From Anolis carolinensis (taxonomy: Eukaryota), in NCBI RefSeq assembly GCF_035594765.1, contig NC_085843.1, forward strand, positions 126,395,971 through 126,459,970: 64,000 nt of DNA, given 5' to 3'. Below, piece by piece: positions 11,125 through 25,732 of this stretch (position 1 is the first letter of the stretch; each line of letters opens with the position of its first letter). A program made the position numbers and the translations under genes. The notes below the pieces were generated by a model that saw only the letters and a list, made by a program, of their open reading frames with translations, made no database searches and was not told the DNA's origin.

Positions 11125-14100
11125 CTCCCTCTCTAGGCTGCTTCAAGAGATGCCAAAAGCATATAATCCAACTTTCTGTTCCAATTTTTAGGACTCAAAA
11201 TGTGCCAAAGGGAAGCTACCTCAGTATGAATGGAAAAATGATGCTTTGCTTTTTGTTCCCAATTGACATCTGTGCTGAGCACAACACCATCTAAACAATT
11301 TCCCTTTCCAATGACTCAATCAAACCGGCAGACATCATGCCATGACTGCAGATGTTTGTGAATAGCTGCTCAGAGGCATTCAGGAAACAAAATGCTGGTA
11401 CTTCTCAGTACAAAGAACCAAGCAGATAAGGCTTTGCAGAGGTCTCCTGCCCTGCTTTTTCACACTTGCATCACTGCAGTGGCAAGGATCTTGTTCTGCT
11501 ACTTATGTTAATTGTGTTACATCGAGAGTCTGGAAACAAAAATATTTCTCTCTCATTTATGTTTGCATGTTTGTTTTGGCCTGTTCGCTTTCCTCTTACC
11601 ATCAGTAGATCCAGACAAAGCTTCAAAAATTGTTTGTTTGCACCTGAGCACCTTGGGTGGTGTATGATGTAGTCAAAAATCTAACTTTTCGGATCCCTAG
11701 GATTGGTATGTTATAGGCAAGTTGTTTCTATAAAAGTTGGATTATATCGCCATCCACTCTGTCTTACCCTTAGAGCACCAAAATTGAATTAATTTCGCTT
11801 TGAAATCATGTAATTGTGATCACTTTGATTTTTTAATCATTTGCTTTGGAACAATACTGGGGATTCTTAGAAGCTGGCCAGGAGCCCAGGAGTTTACAGA
11901 CTGTACGCTTTGTATTAAAAATCTGGCATAACTGGTATTCTAATAGCAATTTCCTTGACAAAAAATGAACTTAGAAGAATGTTCAGCAGCAAAGCCTCCT
12001 GTCATCACAATTTATTTTGCTATTTATTTATTTGTGACACAGTAAATCCAAAATGCAATGAAATTAGAGGCCCATTCACATTACATGGTATGATTTAATT
12101 GTCATAATGACATCCTAAGAAATACTGGAATGTTTGATTTACAGGAAACATTTAAAATTCTCTGCCCAAGACCCCAGTGCCTCACCAAACTACAAATCCC
12201 ATATTTTCATAGAATACTACCATGGTCATTAAAGTAGAATATAGCTCTATGGTTTTGGAGCCTAGGCCTGTATATCTTTCCCTTGCTTTTGGGGTCTTTC
12301 ATTAACCAAGAACTACAACTCCCATAATTGCATAGCATTTAAAATAGTGTCAAACTGTATTAATTCTACAGTGTAGGTGCACCCAAGGTTGCTGATCCCC
12401 TCCACTGTAGAGCTAAGGCAGGGTGGAGAGAGCAATGATAAATGGGTTAAAAGTGAAATATTTGGGCCAAGGATAAAGAACTAATTCAACCTAAGGGTAA
12501 AATTCAATTGTATATACATTTTAAGAGTACATTCCAGTGGGAGTCAAAGCCAAAGTATATTGTCCAACAACTGGGGCACATGTAACCAAACTAACATCAA
12601 AATGTATTCAAGATGGCAAAAATCTGGGATAATGGGATTCCCAAACACCTTGGTGAGTCCAGGGATTTAGGGACAATGGGTGTTTAGGTATTCTGATGAG
12701 TTTTGCTGATATGACGATGGGTGAGGAGGTGGATAAATTGGCTTTTTGGTTCCTGCTATGCTTGGGACTGAATTTGTTATGTGATTCCAGCTTTCAAGAA
12801 CCACATGTTCAGGTTCCCGGTATGCCTAGCTCCAAATATTGAATGAGACACAGAGGTCTTTTATTCACTTTGGCCAAAGTGGATGTCAGCAGAGTCTGGG
12901 CTCCCAAAACTGACATGAGGCAATGAAAATATACAGAAGCATTTATAGGAGTTTGACAACAGTTCAAAACGAATAACTTTTGCTGCTCTGGGTGCTGATT
13001 GACTCAGACTGTGGCTGGCTAGGATCCGCACTCTGATTGGCTGAAGCGGACCACCTGCTGCTTCCACTGATTGGTCTCAGACTCTGACAGGAGTTTTAAT
13101 AAACTGTCATTGCTCAGTTTGAAGTTTTGTGGCTATTTCTTGGTCCACCTCTGGTAGGTGTGTGGGGGAAAGGAATATGGGTAGTATTCAAGTTAATGGG
13201 TGCTAATGACTATATTGATGTCAGCCTGGGTGAGGACAATGGTTCAGTGCTGGTGAAATAATGGGTGGCAAAGGGTGTTGGCATGTTCAAATGGGTTCCC
13301 AGGAAAGGACCAGGCAGAGTGTTGAGCAACTTCCATAACCTTTCAGTCTGAATCCATTGTTAGGTACACAGAGGTATTGTGAGAGGATTATGCCTGCTGC
13401 CTGAAGGGAATGATGATATTTGCTTCCCCCCCCCGGTATGTACATGTGCTTGTGCAACATGTAGGTTCAGGCTGGAAGTCACCTGTGGAAGTTAACTGAA
13501 TTGAGTTTCTGGGTGAATGGTCAGACATGGATTCTATGTCTGGGACCCTTCTGGAGTCGCAGGTAGTGGGGTACATTTGGGGTCCACGGGTTTTAATAAC
13601 AGAACATTTGTGAGGGAGGAGAAATGTCTATGGCCAATCCCTGCTTATAGTGATGGTGTAGTATGGGAAAATGTGTGGTGCTTTATACAAACTTGGGGTC
13701 AGACCCCTGATGGATGCTCTGTGTGGTTTATGAATTTGGGAGAAAGGGCAGAATAGGAGTTCGCGAGGCAATTCATTCTGATGTTCACTTTTGGGGTCTG
13801 TTTTTGATAACATGAGGAAGACCTCACAAGCTAGGAGGGTTTGCATCAGTCGACTTTTGCTTGACTCTACAGCAAAAGGCTTAAAGCCTGTACATACCAA
13901 CATGCAATTTAACAGCAGAAATTTCTGGAACTGAAAATCTAATTCCATTTACTGGATCAAAAAGAAACTAGAGAACTAGGCTTCTTATGTTTGTACAGAT
14001 GTTTGTGTTTGATGGGGCTTATTCCCAAGCAGGGACGAGTGTTGTGTATTTAGAAACTGGAAATGATTGGGTCTTCTGTTTCTGCCTTTATGGGTTATGG

Positions 14101-14723
14101 CTAAACAAATGTTAATATTAATAAATAATATAAAGGCACCACCCCTTGGTTTCTGAAATGGCAAATGTTCAGGTTTAGTCTTCCAGTTCATTGGAAGAAT
14201 TTAATTAATCCAGCGGGCATACTTTTGTTTTTAAAAAAGCACACTCATAACATTGTTGTCACTCAAGTATATCAATTTCTTTTGGGGAGTAAGCTCAAGT
14301 AAAACCGGTTCTGCTGTGTGGGTCTAAGAGGAAATTGTTCATCGTCCTTAAATGGTTACATTAGATTATAGACGCAGATGCCTCACAACGCAGTCTTCTG
14401 TACTACGAGTTTATTAGACTCTAGGACTCGAGAATATTCTCTTTGGCAATTGGGAATATCTCCTCATTATTTTCTGGTTATGACCTATAGTGCTTCATAA
14501 GGCTTAGATGTGAAAAAGCATGCTTTTAGAATTGCAGGAGAGACCCTTCTCTTAGTCCCAGTACTTCCACAGGTATGTTTAATGAAGTCATAGACTTCCG
14601 TGTGGCCATTCTTAGGGCTTGTCTACATTGGCCACTTAATCTGCGGCCAGTACAGAGAATTATGCTCTTGACTGGCCCCAGACTGACCTTGATGGTGACC
14701 ACACTAACAGGGTTGTAACCCTG

Positions 14724-14796
14724 TGGAACATGGCCATACAGTCTGGAAAACTCACAGCTACCCAGTGATTCCGGCCATGAAAACCTTCGACAACAC
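14724..14796 (+). mobile_element. Short Penelope 3' fragment
   Basis: TGGAACATGGCCATACAGTCTGGAAAACTCACAG...CCTTCGACAACAC. Confidence 0.7.
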
Positions 14797-15817
14797 AAAG
14801 ACCTTTTTATTTAGCCAGGCTTACAATCACAGATTGAATCTCAATGTACCTCCTGGACTTCTAGTGTTAAAATTTATTTATTAAGATGGCATTTCAAGAG
14901 TTTTAATTAGTGTTGAAAATTAGTGCAGAATTTTATGCTTATGATTTATTTGCAGAGATTATAGAGATTTTAATGTGCTGCAAGCTACCTTCCTCCAACT
15001 TTGAAGGAAAGGCAGAATTCAAAACTGATAAAAACATAAATAGATAGATAGATGGATAGATAGACAGACAGACAGACAGATCAACCAGCAGATAAATAGA
15101 TAACTAAAGCAATGTAACAGAAACAATGTTAAAAGAAAAATAGATATCACAAAAATTCCACAGGATTCTAATAGTTTTTGAAAGAAAAAGGCATGAGAAA
15201 GATTTCTATAAACATCCTGTAGCTGAAGAGGATAGGGTGTGAATTTAATAATAGTTAATAATAGTTGGCTGCAAAAACATTCTGGCTACCATTCCATTCC
15301 TGGTTACCTCTTTCATAATCCGCACTAAGTAGCATCTTTCAGGAGTCAACTCTTCTGTCGCCTTCGCTAGATAAGATTGACTAGACTACAATGAAAACTG
15401 TCAGAAGAGGCAGGGCTTTAAGTGTGTGTGAGTTGCTCCCCATCCCTTGTGCAACTTGAACATAAATATATCATTTTGTGCTACTTATTTGTTTCCTTTC
15501 CTATTTGATTTCCACACCTAAAGGGAGATATCTTCTGTTTGTGCTCCAGGATGGAAGTGAGAGTTGCTAATAAACATACATGCAAAAATGCCAAGATTTT
15601 AACTTGCCCATGATTGAGTAGCAGGTGTGCTTCCAGAGTTTGTAAAGTTGTTGTTTTTTTTACTACAACGCCTAGATTCTCCCAGGCAACATGTTCATTG
15701 GCCATTAAGATAGCTGAGTAAACAGCAGCCCCTTCTTGTGATTTCAGAGCCAAAGTCTGAGGCCCAGAGGCAGAACCTTCTGCTCTCATTAGGGTAAACT
15801 GGGTTATCTGACTATGG

Positions 15818-15952
15818 CAATGGTTCTCAATCTGTGAGTCCCCAGATGTTTTGGCCTTCAACTCCCAGAAATACTAACAACTGGTAAACTGGCTGGGATT
15901 TCTGGGTGTTGTAGGCCAAAACACCTGGGGACTTGCAGGTTGAGAACCACTG
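15818..15952. mobile_element. hAT-type MITE
   Basis: CAATGGTTCTCAA / TTGAGAACCACTG TIRs; 8-bp TSD GACTATGG. Confidence 0.85.
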
Positions 15953-18900
15953 GACTATGGGAAAGAGCATAAGAACAATGTGTCCTGAATTTGGGTAAAA
16001 CAAGTTTGGGTAGATAATATGGCAAGCCCGAGGTTGAGGGGTGAGCGGAAATGTACTCAGTTTTTATAGCAAATGCCGCCACTTATCATAAGGGTTCACA
16101 TCCCACACCGCATACATGACAAAGGGGGGTAGGTGGGTTTCCAGTCCCTATGCTGCTGGTGGGGCTTGAGAAAAGCTCATCAATGTCCTTGGGCATGTTT
16201 TTTTCCTTGGCCACATGCTGCTATTGCCTTATACAAGAAACATGTATGTCCTATCACTGGCCTCTAATTCTTGTCCTGTTCGAAATATATCATGCACCCA
16301 AATACATGCATTCATCAGCTCCCCCCCATCCTGGCCTTGTGGGGTTTGGTGCATAAGTGTTGTACAAACACAACAAACAGTACACCTTTCCTTCACACTG
16401 AGCCGGTAGGCTGCAGTACCAGGGTGGGGATTAGTGCCCATGTTTTAAAGCAAAAGCTAACCTTCATTTATTTCAGTGCTCTGAGATTTGTCTTCTTGAT
16501 TGAAGAAGCACAGAAATTTTCTGGGACTTCAATCTGCACCCTAATTTCTGGCAACTCTGTATTAGCCATTCTGGGGATTCTGGGAGTTTGTGTCAAAAAG
16601 TAAGTTTCCTGATCTCTGATATTCCTGTCACACCATCATTAGCTAAAAGATTATTTAGAAAAGGATTGAAACTTTTGTATAACTAGGGTTCATTCGGCAG
16701 GGTGAGGCAGCAGCCTTAGGTAGCAGATTTTTGGTGCAAATAGAAAGAAACACATAGTTATTTGTTATTGTTTTTGCATGTTTACAATCAGACACGGGGA
16801 GAGACACTTCCTGGTTTGTTCACCTGAGAAGTCAAAACAATGTGGTTGGCCTTGGATACTTGGAAGGTGAAAAAGTTCATTTATTGTTCTGTCTCAGGTA
16901 GGACCACCCTAATATCCCTCTGCCTGATTCAGAGCAGCAGGAAATGCTGTCCAACTCACTTGAGTCAAGTACATAATACTTAACGCTAGCCAAGTTATTT
17001 TGGCACTTCATGCAAACAAATAAAAATAAAATCCCAGCATCTTTTCCAACAAGAAACAAGAAACTAAGTAAGTTACAAAATGAAACTTTTCATGAAACCC
17101 CAGTTCTTCTCAAGTGAAGCAGACATGGCTCTCTGGAATCTGTATGTTTGCAGGTCTCTATCCTCACCTGGTTGCTTGGACTCCCAACTCCTAAGTATAA
17201 TCCCAATAGGCAGATTTATAATCAACGTCCATTGAAGCACTCTTATGTTTTGGAATATTATGATGCAGGAATAAGCAGTTAGTTTAAGAAACTTTTAAGC
17301 TATTTATTAAAATGGACAGCACAGCTAATATCTCTAAACACTATCCCCTTAGGGGGAAAAATGACTTTTTAGTTTCTAGTTCATAGCTTAATGCTAATTT
17401 TACATTTTCAGGTAAGGCATGACTCACCATGCATCATATCCCTCCATAGTCATCATAGCAAATAGTCTCTACTAGATAATTATATAGTCAAACATTTGCA
17501 AGGAACTGAAACTGTCTATGTTTTCTCTGTGTCAAACACACAGGTATTGCCAGTTATTGAAGCCTTTGCTATATGAATTGCAGAAATTCATAAATATAAC
17601 ATAAATACCATAGCCCAATTCATAATTAGAGATCAATAACACTCCTCTTTATTCTTATCAGCTTTTTACTGATATTTCGCAGACAGGAACAGTGTTATCA
17701 GCATAGGAGCTGTCCAAGACAGCTATGTCCAGATTGAAGGCTGTGTGGTAGCTTGCTCTTTGTCTTTAAAGAAACACTGGAAAATAGAATCCATATGCCT
17801 GCAAGAATTGGATGACAATAATACTTCTACGTGCAGTAACCAAGTGCTGGATTTGGGCTTGAGGGAGTAATTTCATCAAGAATCTGGTAAAGCTTTCTTA
17901 ACCTAAAGATATAAAATGAGGAGACATAAAACTACTGCCAAAACTGTAGATTGTTTTGCACTATTAAAGGCAACACCCTGTGTTTATTTCACCATCAGAT
18001 GTTGCAATTAGAATGCTTCACTTTATGCAAACAGGCTGTTTCATGCATAGGCTCAATTCACCAGCTCTTCAGTTTCAAATATTGGTTTTGTTTGTTTGTT
18101 TGCTTGCTTCTTTCTGTTTTTTGTGTGGTGACTCACAAGAAAAAAAAGCTGTGGAAATGACATTTAGGGCATAAAGCCTAGGTATATTTAGAAGTAATAG
18201 TCAGAGAGCAGAGATGATGTTGTAAACGAGATTAGGGGTTCAAAGGGTAAGTGAGGTAGAAAAGAACATGGGGCCAGGAGAGGAAAGAGCAGAAAAGACA
18301 TAGTAAGGAAGCAAATGAATTCCTTTCTAGTAAGAGATATGAGCCAAGTTGTAGATAAAGGTAAGATACAGAATAAGAGATTGGGCTTTCTTAAGATGAG
18401 ATCCCAAGCTCAATCAGCCCGTCTCATTTGATCTCCAAAGTCTTCCCTCAGAAGACTGTCCCAGATGTTTTAAATTCAATGTATTTCCATAATCTTAAAA
18501 TTTTAATAAACATTTGTACCACACAGGTGAGACTGCCAAATTTCTCTTGATGATCTCCCACAAAATGGATTCAAATGTTATAATTCACACCCATCAAAAA
18601 CCTTGAAATATTTTTCTTGCAACAATGTGATGGTGGAGCAACATTTGCAAATCTGATTATTCTGCGATTTGACTCAATGGTGGAGCTGTAACAGGGTTGA
18701 CATTTTGGTGCCTAACTAACTAGGGTTGCCAGTTCTGGATCTCTTTAGGGCCTGAGGTTTCCAGACCAAAACCTGAGATCTCAGGATGATCTTTAGTGAT
18801 ACCATTAAGTATTGTGCATTAAGTACAAACCACAGTCGGTCATTGATTGACATTCAAACACACATGGACACAAAACCCATTTTAATGTTTGGAAATTATG

Positions 18901-20481
18901 ACAAAAATCTTAGCTAAAGAGACTGTTCCTAAATTAAGAGAACAAATTATTCATTCTCACCTATCATAGATGGGATACAGATATTTATACTTAATTTAGC
19001 CTACTTGCGTCTCACAAAAGGTGTATGTCAGAGCTCCCTGCGTCTGTTTCCTGCTCCCATTGATAAGATTGGGGCTGTTTTTGAAAAAGATTTGGCACCC
19101 ATGTCCCAAGTCAGCTTCACGTATTGAGGTGGTCATCATTCCTAAATCTCCACTGTGTACACTGGACTAACCCTATTCTCTTTATCAGAGCTAACCCATT
19201 ACACCTATCAAGGACTCATTACAATATTACATACTGCATTCCTTTGGATTGCACCCCTTTTGGAGGTGGACCATTAAATATACTGACACTTCAAATGATC
19301 CAATGACAGTTTTTTATTTTCTCACCACACGAAGGGCTAATTAGTAAAGATGTCAAACAGAGTCCTGAGCCACTCAGCACATAGATGCTAGCCGGACAGT
19401 TTTTCAGCCAATCAGGAGCTGGCACAGGTTTCTTGGATAGCTGTTAAATGAAATACAAATGCTCTGTAATTTCAACTGTGGTATGTCAGCACTTTGAAGT
19501 GCCTTCTCCACTGATATCCTCTCTGGCCAGTGAGATTAAACCTCTACTTTTGCATTCTACTCTGTGTCTGATTTGGCCTTCTGGAAAGAGAGACATGCCA
19601 GACTTACAAACCCATGGGTTTAGCAGAGCTAAAATCACGCAACAGTGACTCCAGCGGGGCCTGCTCGGGGTCTCCTTGCACTGTAAGTCCCCAGATAGCT
19701 CTGGCCCCTCCAGCCCATCTTCACAGTAATAGTTGAATCCATAGATGCAGAATCTATGTACACAAAGGGGTGACCGTATCTGGCCAAAGTGCAAATCAAC
19801 TATAAACATTGCACTTGCAGTTTTCTGTGTATAGTATTCTTGCTACAGAATGGAACTCTAGATAAAACTATTATACTTGTCAATCCAAACAGAACTGTGA
19901 ATATGCTGAGGTATCATAGAGTGCAAGGCACCAAATAAATTAACATTATCAAACACAAACTGTTTCCAGCACTGTTTTTGTACGAGATATTATTTACCTT
20001 CAAAACTAGCATACTACCAGTGAAACACAGTTGGGAAGTGGCTTATTATATCTCATTTCATTCATGGAACAGATGCTTATTAAGCAGACATTTTTTTCAA
20101 GGAAGAGGAAATGATATTTAGTAATCAGAAATGATGATGTACTTGTGCTGAATAAAGAAAATAATTAAATGAAAGAATGGAAGAAGCAAAGAAAAAAAGG
20201 AGTAATCATGAGACAAAGTGAGTAATCGTGAGAAGCTCTGCTGATAAAATCACAGGGAGTTGGCAAAGTGTGGGGGAAGTGCAGAGGAGATGAGGGAAGA
20301 GATCATGCCCAATCTGAGGAAGTGCAAATTGTTTTGCTTTTGTGAGGTGTGTGTGTGTGGGGGGGGGGGGGGGGAGTAAAAGGAGGAAAGAAAATATGTG
20401 GGAGAAGATGGCTCAAATATAATGTTAGGTGTAAAATAATAATTAAGGATTCAACTGTATGCTGATCTGTTTTAATGAACC

Positions 20482-21522
20482 TAGGCATGTGCGATCCCTG
20501 AAAAAAATGGTTCAATACTCGCTTCAAAGTAGGGGGTGCTGGTGCTTCGTTTCTAAAGTCATTTCTGAATTTTGAAACAAAAAAATTCAAAACTTTCCGA
20601 AACTTCCAAAGCTTCAAATGTACTTCTTAAATGGCAGGTGTGCATGCGCATAAAGGAAAACATTATAGTCAATGGGGAAAATTGAGGGGCCTCTCTCTCC
20701 CTCATTTTTTGAGCTATCCTAATGAAATTTGCTACAGTGGTAGAACACATTTACTACTGTTAGCTCACCAAATTTCAGAACGTTTTCCTTATCCTCTGAT
20801 TTTTGGCAAATTTTCATAGCTTTTATAATAAACTATTTTTAATACAGTAGAGTCTCACTTATCCAACATAAATGGGCTGGCAGAATGTTGGATAAGCGAA
20901 TATGTTGTATAATAAGGAGGCATTAAGGAAAAGCCTATTAAACATCAAATTAGGTTATGATTTTACAAATTAAGCACCAAAACATCATGTTAGACAACAA
21001 ATTTGGCAGAAAAAGTAGTTCAATACGCAGTAATGCTATGTAGTAATTACTGTATTTATGAATTTAGCACCAAAATATCACGATATATTGAAAACATTGA
21101 CTACAAAAATGTGTTGGATAATCCAGAACATTGGATAAGCGAGTGTTGGATAAGTGAGACTCTACTGTAATTGCAGAAATCTGTTCCTCGTTTGAAAGTC
21201 TTATTTCCAGTTTCATTGGGCTGCTGTCCCAATAAGGGGCCACTGTTTCTTCCTATGAGGCTTAAAACCTCAGTCTTTTGTTTTTTAGGAATGCTCCCAT
21301 GAGAAAATGTATGGGTGAACTACAATTCCCAAAAGTCTTGGGTCAACCCTCCCAAGACTCCTCTAGGATTCACAGCTGGTGTGTGCCAAGCTTGGTCCAG
21401 ATCCATCACTTTTCTTTTTATCCCAGATTATCTGGCAGTATAATCCAGTTTAAATCAGATAATCTGGAATCAGATCCTGGGAAATAGGGCAGTGTCAAAC
21501 CTAGAGAGAAAAGTGGGGTGCC

Positions 21523-21571
<49 letters not shown>

Positions 21572-22272
21572 TCAGGGAATTGTGGAAAATCCTTAGCAGG
21601 GTGATAGTTTGCTTTCCGTGCCCATTCGGTGGAGAGTTCTAGTTTGGGGTTTTGCCAACACATTGGGATTGATCCCCCCTCCTTTTCCCCCTTTCCTCAC
21701 TTAAAGTTTCTGGCAAAGGCAGGAGGGGTTTTGCAAGGGAGATCCTGCAGAATTAAAGCCCTGCAATTATCAAGCTCTCTCTCCCTTCTGCAAGCCCCGA
21801 TTTAAGCGCGGGAAGAGGAAGTGTTTGCAAGAGCGATACTCCCTCCACTTTTGCAAGCCCAGGTTTAAGCCCGGGAAAATGAAGTGGTTTCCAAGGGAGA
21901 TCCTGCAGAATTAAAGCCCTGCAATTATCAGGCTCTCTCCCTTCTGCAAGGGAGAGGAAGCCCGGGTTTAAACGCAGGAAGACAAGATCCAGGCTTCTCC
22001 CACTTCTGAAGCCGGTTTAAGAGACCCATAGAAAGCAACCACTTCAAAAGGTAAGGGGGATTTCTCTCCTAAATATCAAAGGTTGGTTGAATTAAAACAC
22101 TTTCCCATATATCCGAAGGTTATTTGAAGGTATTTAGAGGCATGGGCACCAACGCTTCGAATTGGAAGGTTAATTCCTAAGTGCCAAACCATCTTGGAAA
22201 CACCTTCGGATCTATTTTGAGTAACGAATTTATAACGATAAACAACGTTTTCCGAAGATTCGCCCATCCCTA
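20482..22272. mobile_element. Non-autonomous hAT-like element with nested insertions and internal repeats
   Basis: Imperfect TIRs TAGGCATGTGCGAT / ATTCGCCCATCCCTA; CpG-rich subterminal motifs; duplicated CAAGGGAGATCCTGCAGAATTAAAGCCCTGCAATTATCA; no TSD found. Confidence 0.5.
20845..21167. mobile_element. Tc1/mariner-type MITE, opposite orientation to the 6666 copy
   Basis: Same TIRs, TA TSD. Confidence 0.85.
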
Positions 22273-24532
22273 CTGATTCACTCCACTTTGACACAACATC
22301 TTCCAATGGGCTGTATTTGTTGCTGAGCTCTGTCTTTTGTGCTATTCTAGAAATGCTGTAACTGCAGTATTATGTTCTCGGGCCAACAACCAGAAGATCC
22401 AAAGAGCATCCTCTTAGACGGTCATACCATGTATGCATTAGATATTGCTCACACACACTTTGTTGTTGTCAGTGTAATTTTGAAGTTCGATAAAATAATA
22501 GTGCTCAGAACAAATTTTATCTATCTCAACCAATGCTGTGAGTAGGTTGGAATGAAAGCAGTGCTAAGAATTGATAGATTCTTTGGCAAAAGTTATTGTT
22601 TGTTGTTTGCTTGCCTTCCTCTGAATTTCAACATAACCAATGCCACAACTATGCACAAGGAACTGAGGTGTCTATTTTACTAGAGAGCAACTATTTCTTA
22701 ATCTTTAAGTTAAACATCTGGCCCTATTGTTATTCATGTAAGTTTACATTCCTTTAATTGCAGCATGATTATTCATCTGCATATACATGCTCATGAAATC
22801 AGAACATGTTTGGAGAAGTCAGGTGAGGATCGAGGAGCAAAAGGTGAAAGTTTAGCCCTTAGTAGAATATCTTCTTTTCTCACCAAATCTGGAGTGCACC
22901 TTATCAGTAGAGGGTACTGATAGTTGACTTCCACGTTTCAGAATCAGTCTAACGTAAGACTTGCACACTGAAACTGATGATCCAAAAACAAAGTACATCA
23001 TTGCACATTGCTACAATTCCAGAGAGGTTGCATGAATATTGGTTGTGAGTACTCACATTATTTCACATCTCTCAATTTGTGCAGTTGCGCCCACCTGAGG
23101 TTTCACACCCATACTTTCACATGTCCTCGTCACCCTGCCCTTTCTTTGCTCTGTAATTTTAAAATACATTTTAAAACCAATCTCACAAATCCAAAGTATG
23201 ATGAATTTTTAAAAGCCTAATACTGGGGAATATTTTTATTGACTGGCTCAGTAATAGCAAGAACTATGTAGGGGGGGGGGGGTGTAAAAGAGGAGAATCC
23301 TGTCCCCAAATGTTACTTCAGTGCTGGTATACCAGAACAGAAGCAGAACAGCCCCATAACACAAGATAGGTGATGGAAACATTTTGGGATTGGCAGCTAC
23401 TGACAGGTTTATCTCATCAGTAGTGGAGGAAAGATTAATCATAGGGAAGAAGTACACCAATTTGCCTCCATCATGCACTAAAGCAAGTGACATTCAACAT
23501 GGTTAAATCCTTTCCTTCCCTCCTCATTCTAGGGGTCTCCTCACTGGCAACATCATTACCCTATATATTCTATAAATTATCCTGGAGTTCCACTATGGAT
23601 CCTGCTGCCAGTTCTGTCTGCAGAAAATCTTTGCCTTGAATTGTATCTCCCTGGAACACATCAAGTAAAGTACTTCTTGCCATGGCTTCTATTGAAGTGG
23701 ATAAGCTAGGATTGGAGCTAAAATGATCCATGCCTGGCGAGCATATGCTAAATCAAATGGACCAAGTCAGAGAAACACTCACCAGATTGAAGACAATGCA
23801 GAGGTTTATTCATTTCAGCCAAAAGGGATGCAGGTACAAGCAGGTGCTTCAAAATATATAACCATAAATAAAGCGCAATGTCTTATAAAGATTGACAACT
23901 ATTCAAAACTCCCACTCCCTCCCCTGATTGGTCGAAAAGGGTGGCTGGTCTGGATCCACACAGCCAAGGATTGGCTGGCTAAGGGACCAATCAGCTAGTA
24001 TGAAATGATAATGAGTTTTTGATTAGCTGAACTATCCAGTTCCATGTTAACAAACAGAGGAGCTTCTGGAGACAAAGGTGATGAACTTGGGCCAAAAAGG
24101 GCTGGGCTGTCAATGAAGAGTTTTAAAAATGTACATGCTCTGAACTTCTGTTTCCACCGTCAGCAATCTCTCAGCCTCAAGTGAATCATTTAGCTAGACA
24201 AACAATTCTGGGCTTATCTGGGCTGACGCAGGAAAGCACCTATTTCTGCATATACATCAACAATGGATTTTTATGATTACCTGGCTTGGGAAACAGCCAG
24301 AGGGAGATTTGCCCAACCTTCCTGTTCTCACAGAATTACTTCAACAGGGTTATGGAAAGGTGACTGTCTCTGGACTATTCTTTGATACATTTTATAAAGA
24401 GATGTATACATTTCCTATATATGAAATAGATACAGTACACAGAAAGATACAAGTTACACAGAAAGTCAGAGAAAATAGATACAATTTATTAAATGGTTAG
24501 GAACATCAATACAAAGAAACATCAACACAGCT

Positions 24533-24539
<7 letters not shown>

Positions 24540-24621
<82 letters not shown>
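24540..24621. repeat. (AT)n(AC)n microsatellite
   Basis: Directly visible. Confidence 0.95.
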
Positions 24622-24625
<4 letters not shown>

Positions 24626-25732
24626 CTGTGCCCAGCCACGTGTTGCTGTGACGAAGTGTGGTGGTAAGGGAAATAAAGTATTGAGGAATTGATGGTAGTT
24701 AGTATATTTTATTTCCTAAAGCTTGTGAATATACAATATTTCTGGTTGTTCCTTTTTTTGTCTGTTGGAGGCAAGTATGAATGTAATGGCCTTTCAGTTT
24801 CAAAGCCTGGCTGCTTCCTCCCTGGGTGAATCTTTGGTTGGGATGTGTTCGCGGGCCCTAATTGTTTCATGTCTGGAATTCCCCTGTTTTCAGAGTGTTG
24901 TTCTTTATTTACTGTTATGATTTTAGAGTTTTTTAATACTTGGAACCAGATTGTGTTCATGTTCATGGTTCACAGCAACACAATAATAATATTAATAATA
25001 ATAGTAATGATAATGACTCTGATAACACACACTACTTTTCTCCCTCCTCAGCTTCCTCCCTGGGGGAATCCTTTGTTGGGAGGTATTAGCTGGCCCTAAT
25101 TGTTTTCTGTCTGAAATTTCCCTGTTTTCAGAGTGTTGTACTGATTTTAGAGATAATATTGTTCTGTTTTATTATACCACAGTAATTTCATATATTTATA
25201 ATCATATATTATTTGCTTTGAACTGGATTATATGAGGTCCCTTCTACACAGCTGTATAAAATCCACACTGAACTGGATTATATGGCAGTGTGGACTCAAG
25301 ATAATCCAGTTCAAAGCAGATACTGTGGATTATGTGCCTTGGCATTCTGGGTCATATAGCTGTGTGGAAGGGCTTTGAGTCTAGACTGCCATATAATCCA
25401 GTTCAAATCAGATAATCTGTATTTTATAGGCAGTGTGGAAGAGGCCTAAATGAACCCTTAGCCATTGTGACGGGGGGGGGGGGGGGGTTGCTAGGACACG
25501 AAGTGAGCAAGGCCTAAAGGGGGCGGGGCCTACACTCCTAACTGGCAGCCAGGAGGAGAACGGCTCTTCCTCGTCCTCTGTAATCTAGACTTTATTTTTC
25601 TTGGGGCCTTTTTATTGAAAGGCATAGATTGGATGTCTATGTCTTTTGTGGCCACATTTGCTGTGATTTGGTTTAGTGGTTTTGTTGTTTACTCCATGGG
25701 AAAAACACACCTTACATTTTTATATATATAGA
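24622..25732 (-). mobile_element. Non-autonomous Helitron
   Basis: Minus-strand 5' TCTATATATATAAAAA; 3' hairpin GTCAC..GTGGC then CACAGTTAG; inserted between A and T; same ends as 29912-30420. Confidence 0.8.
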
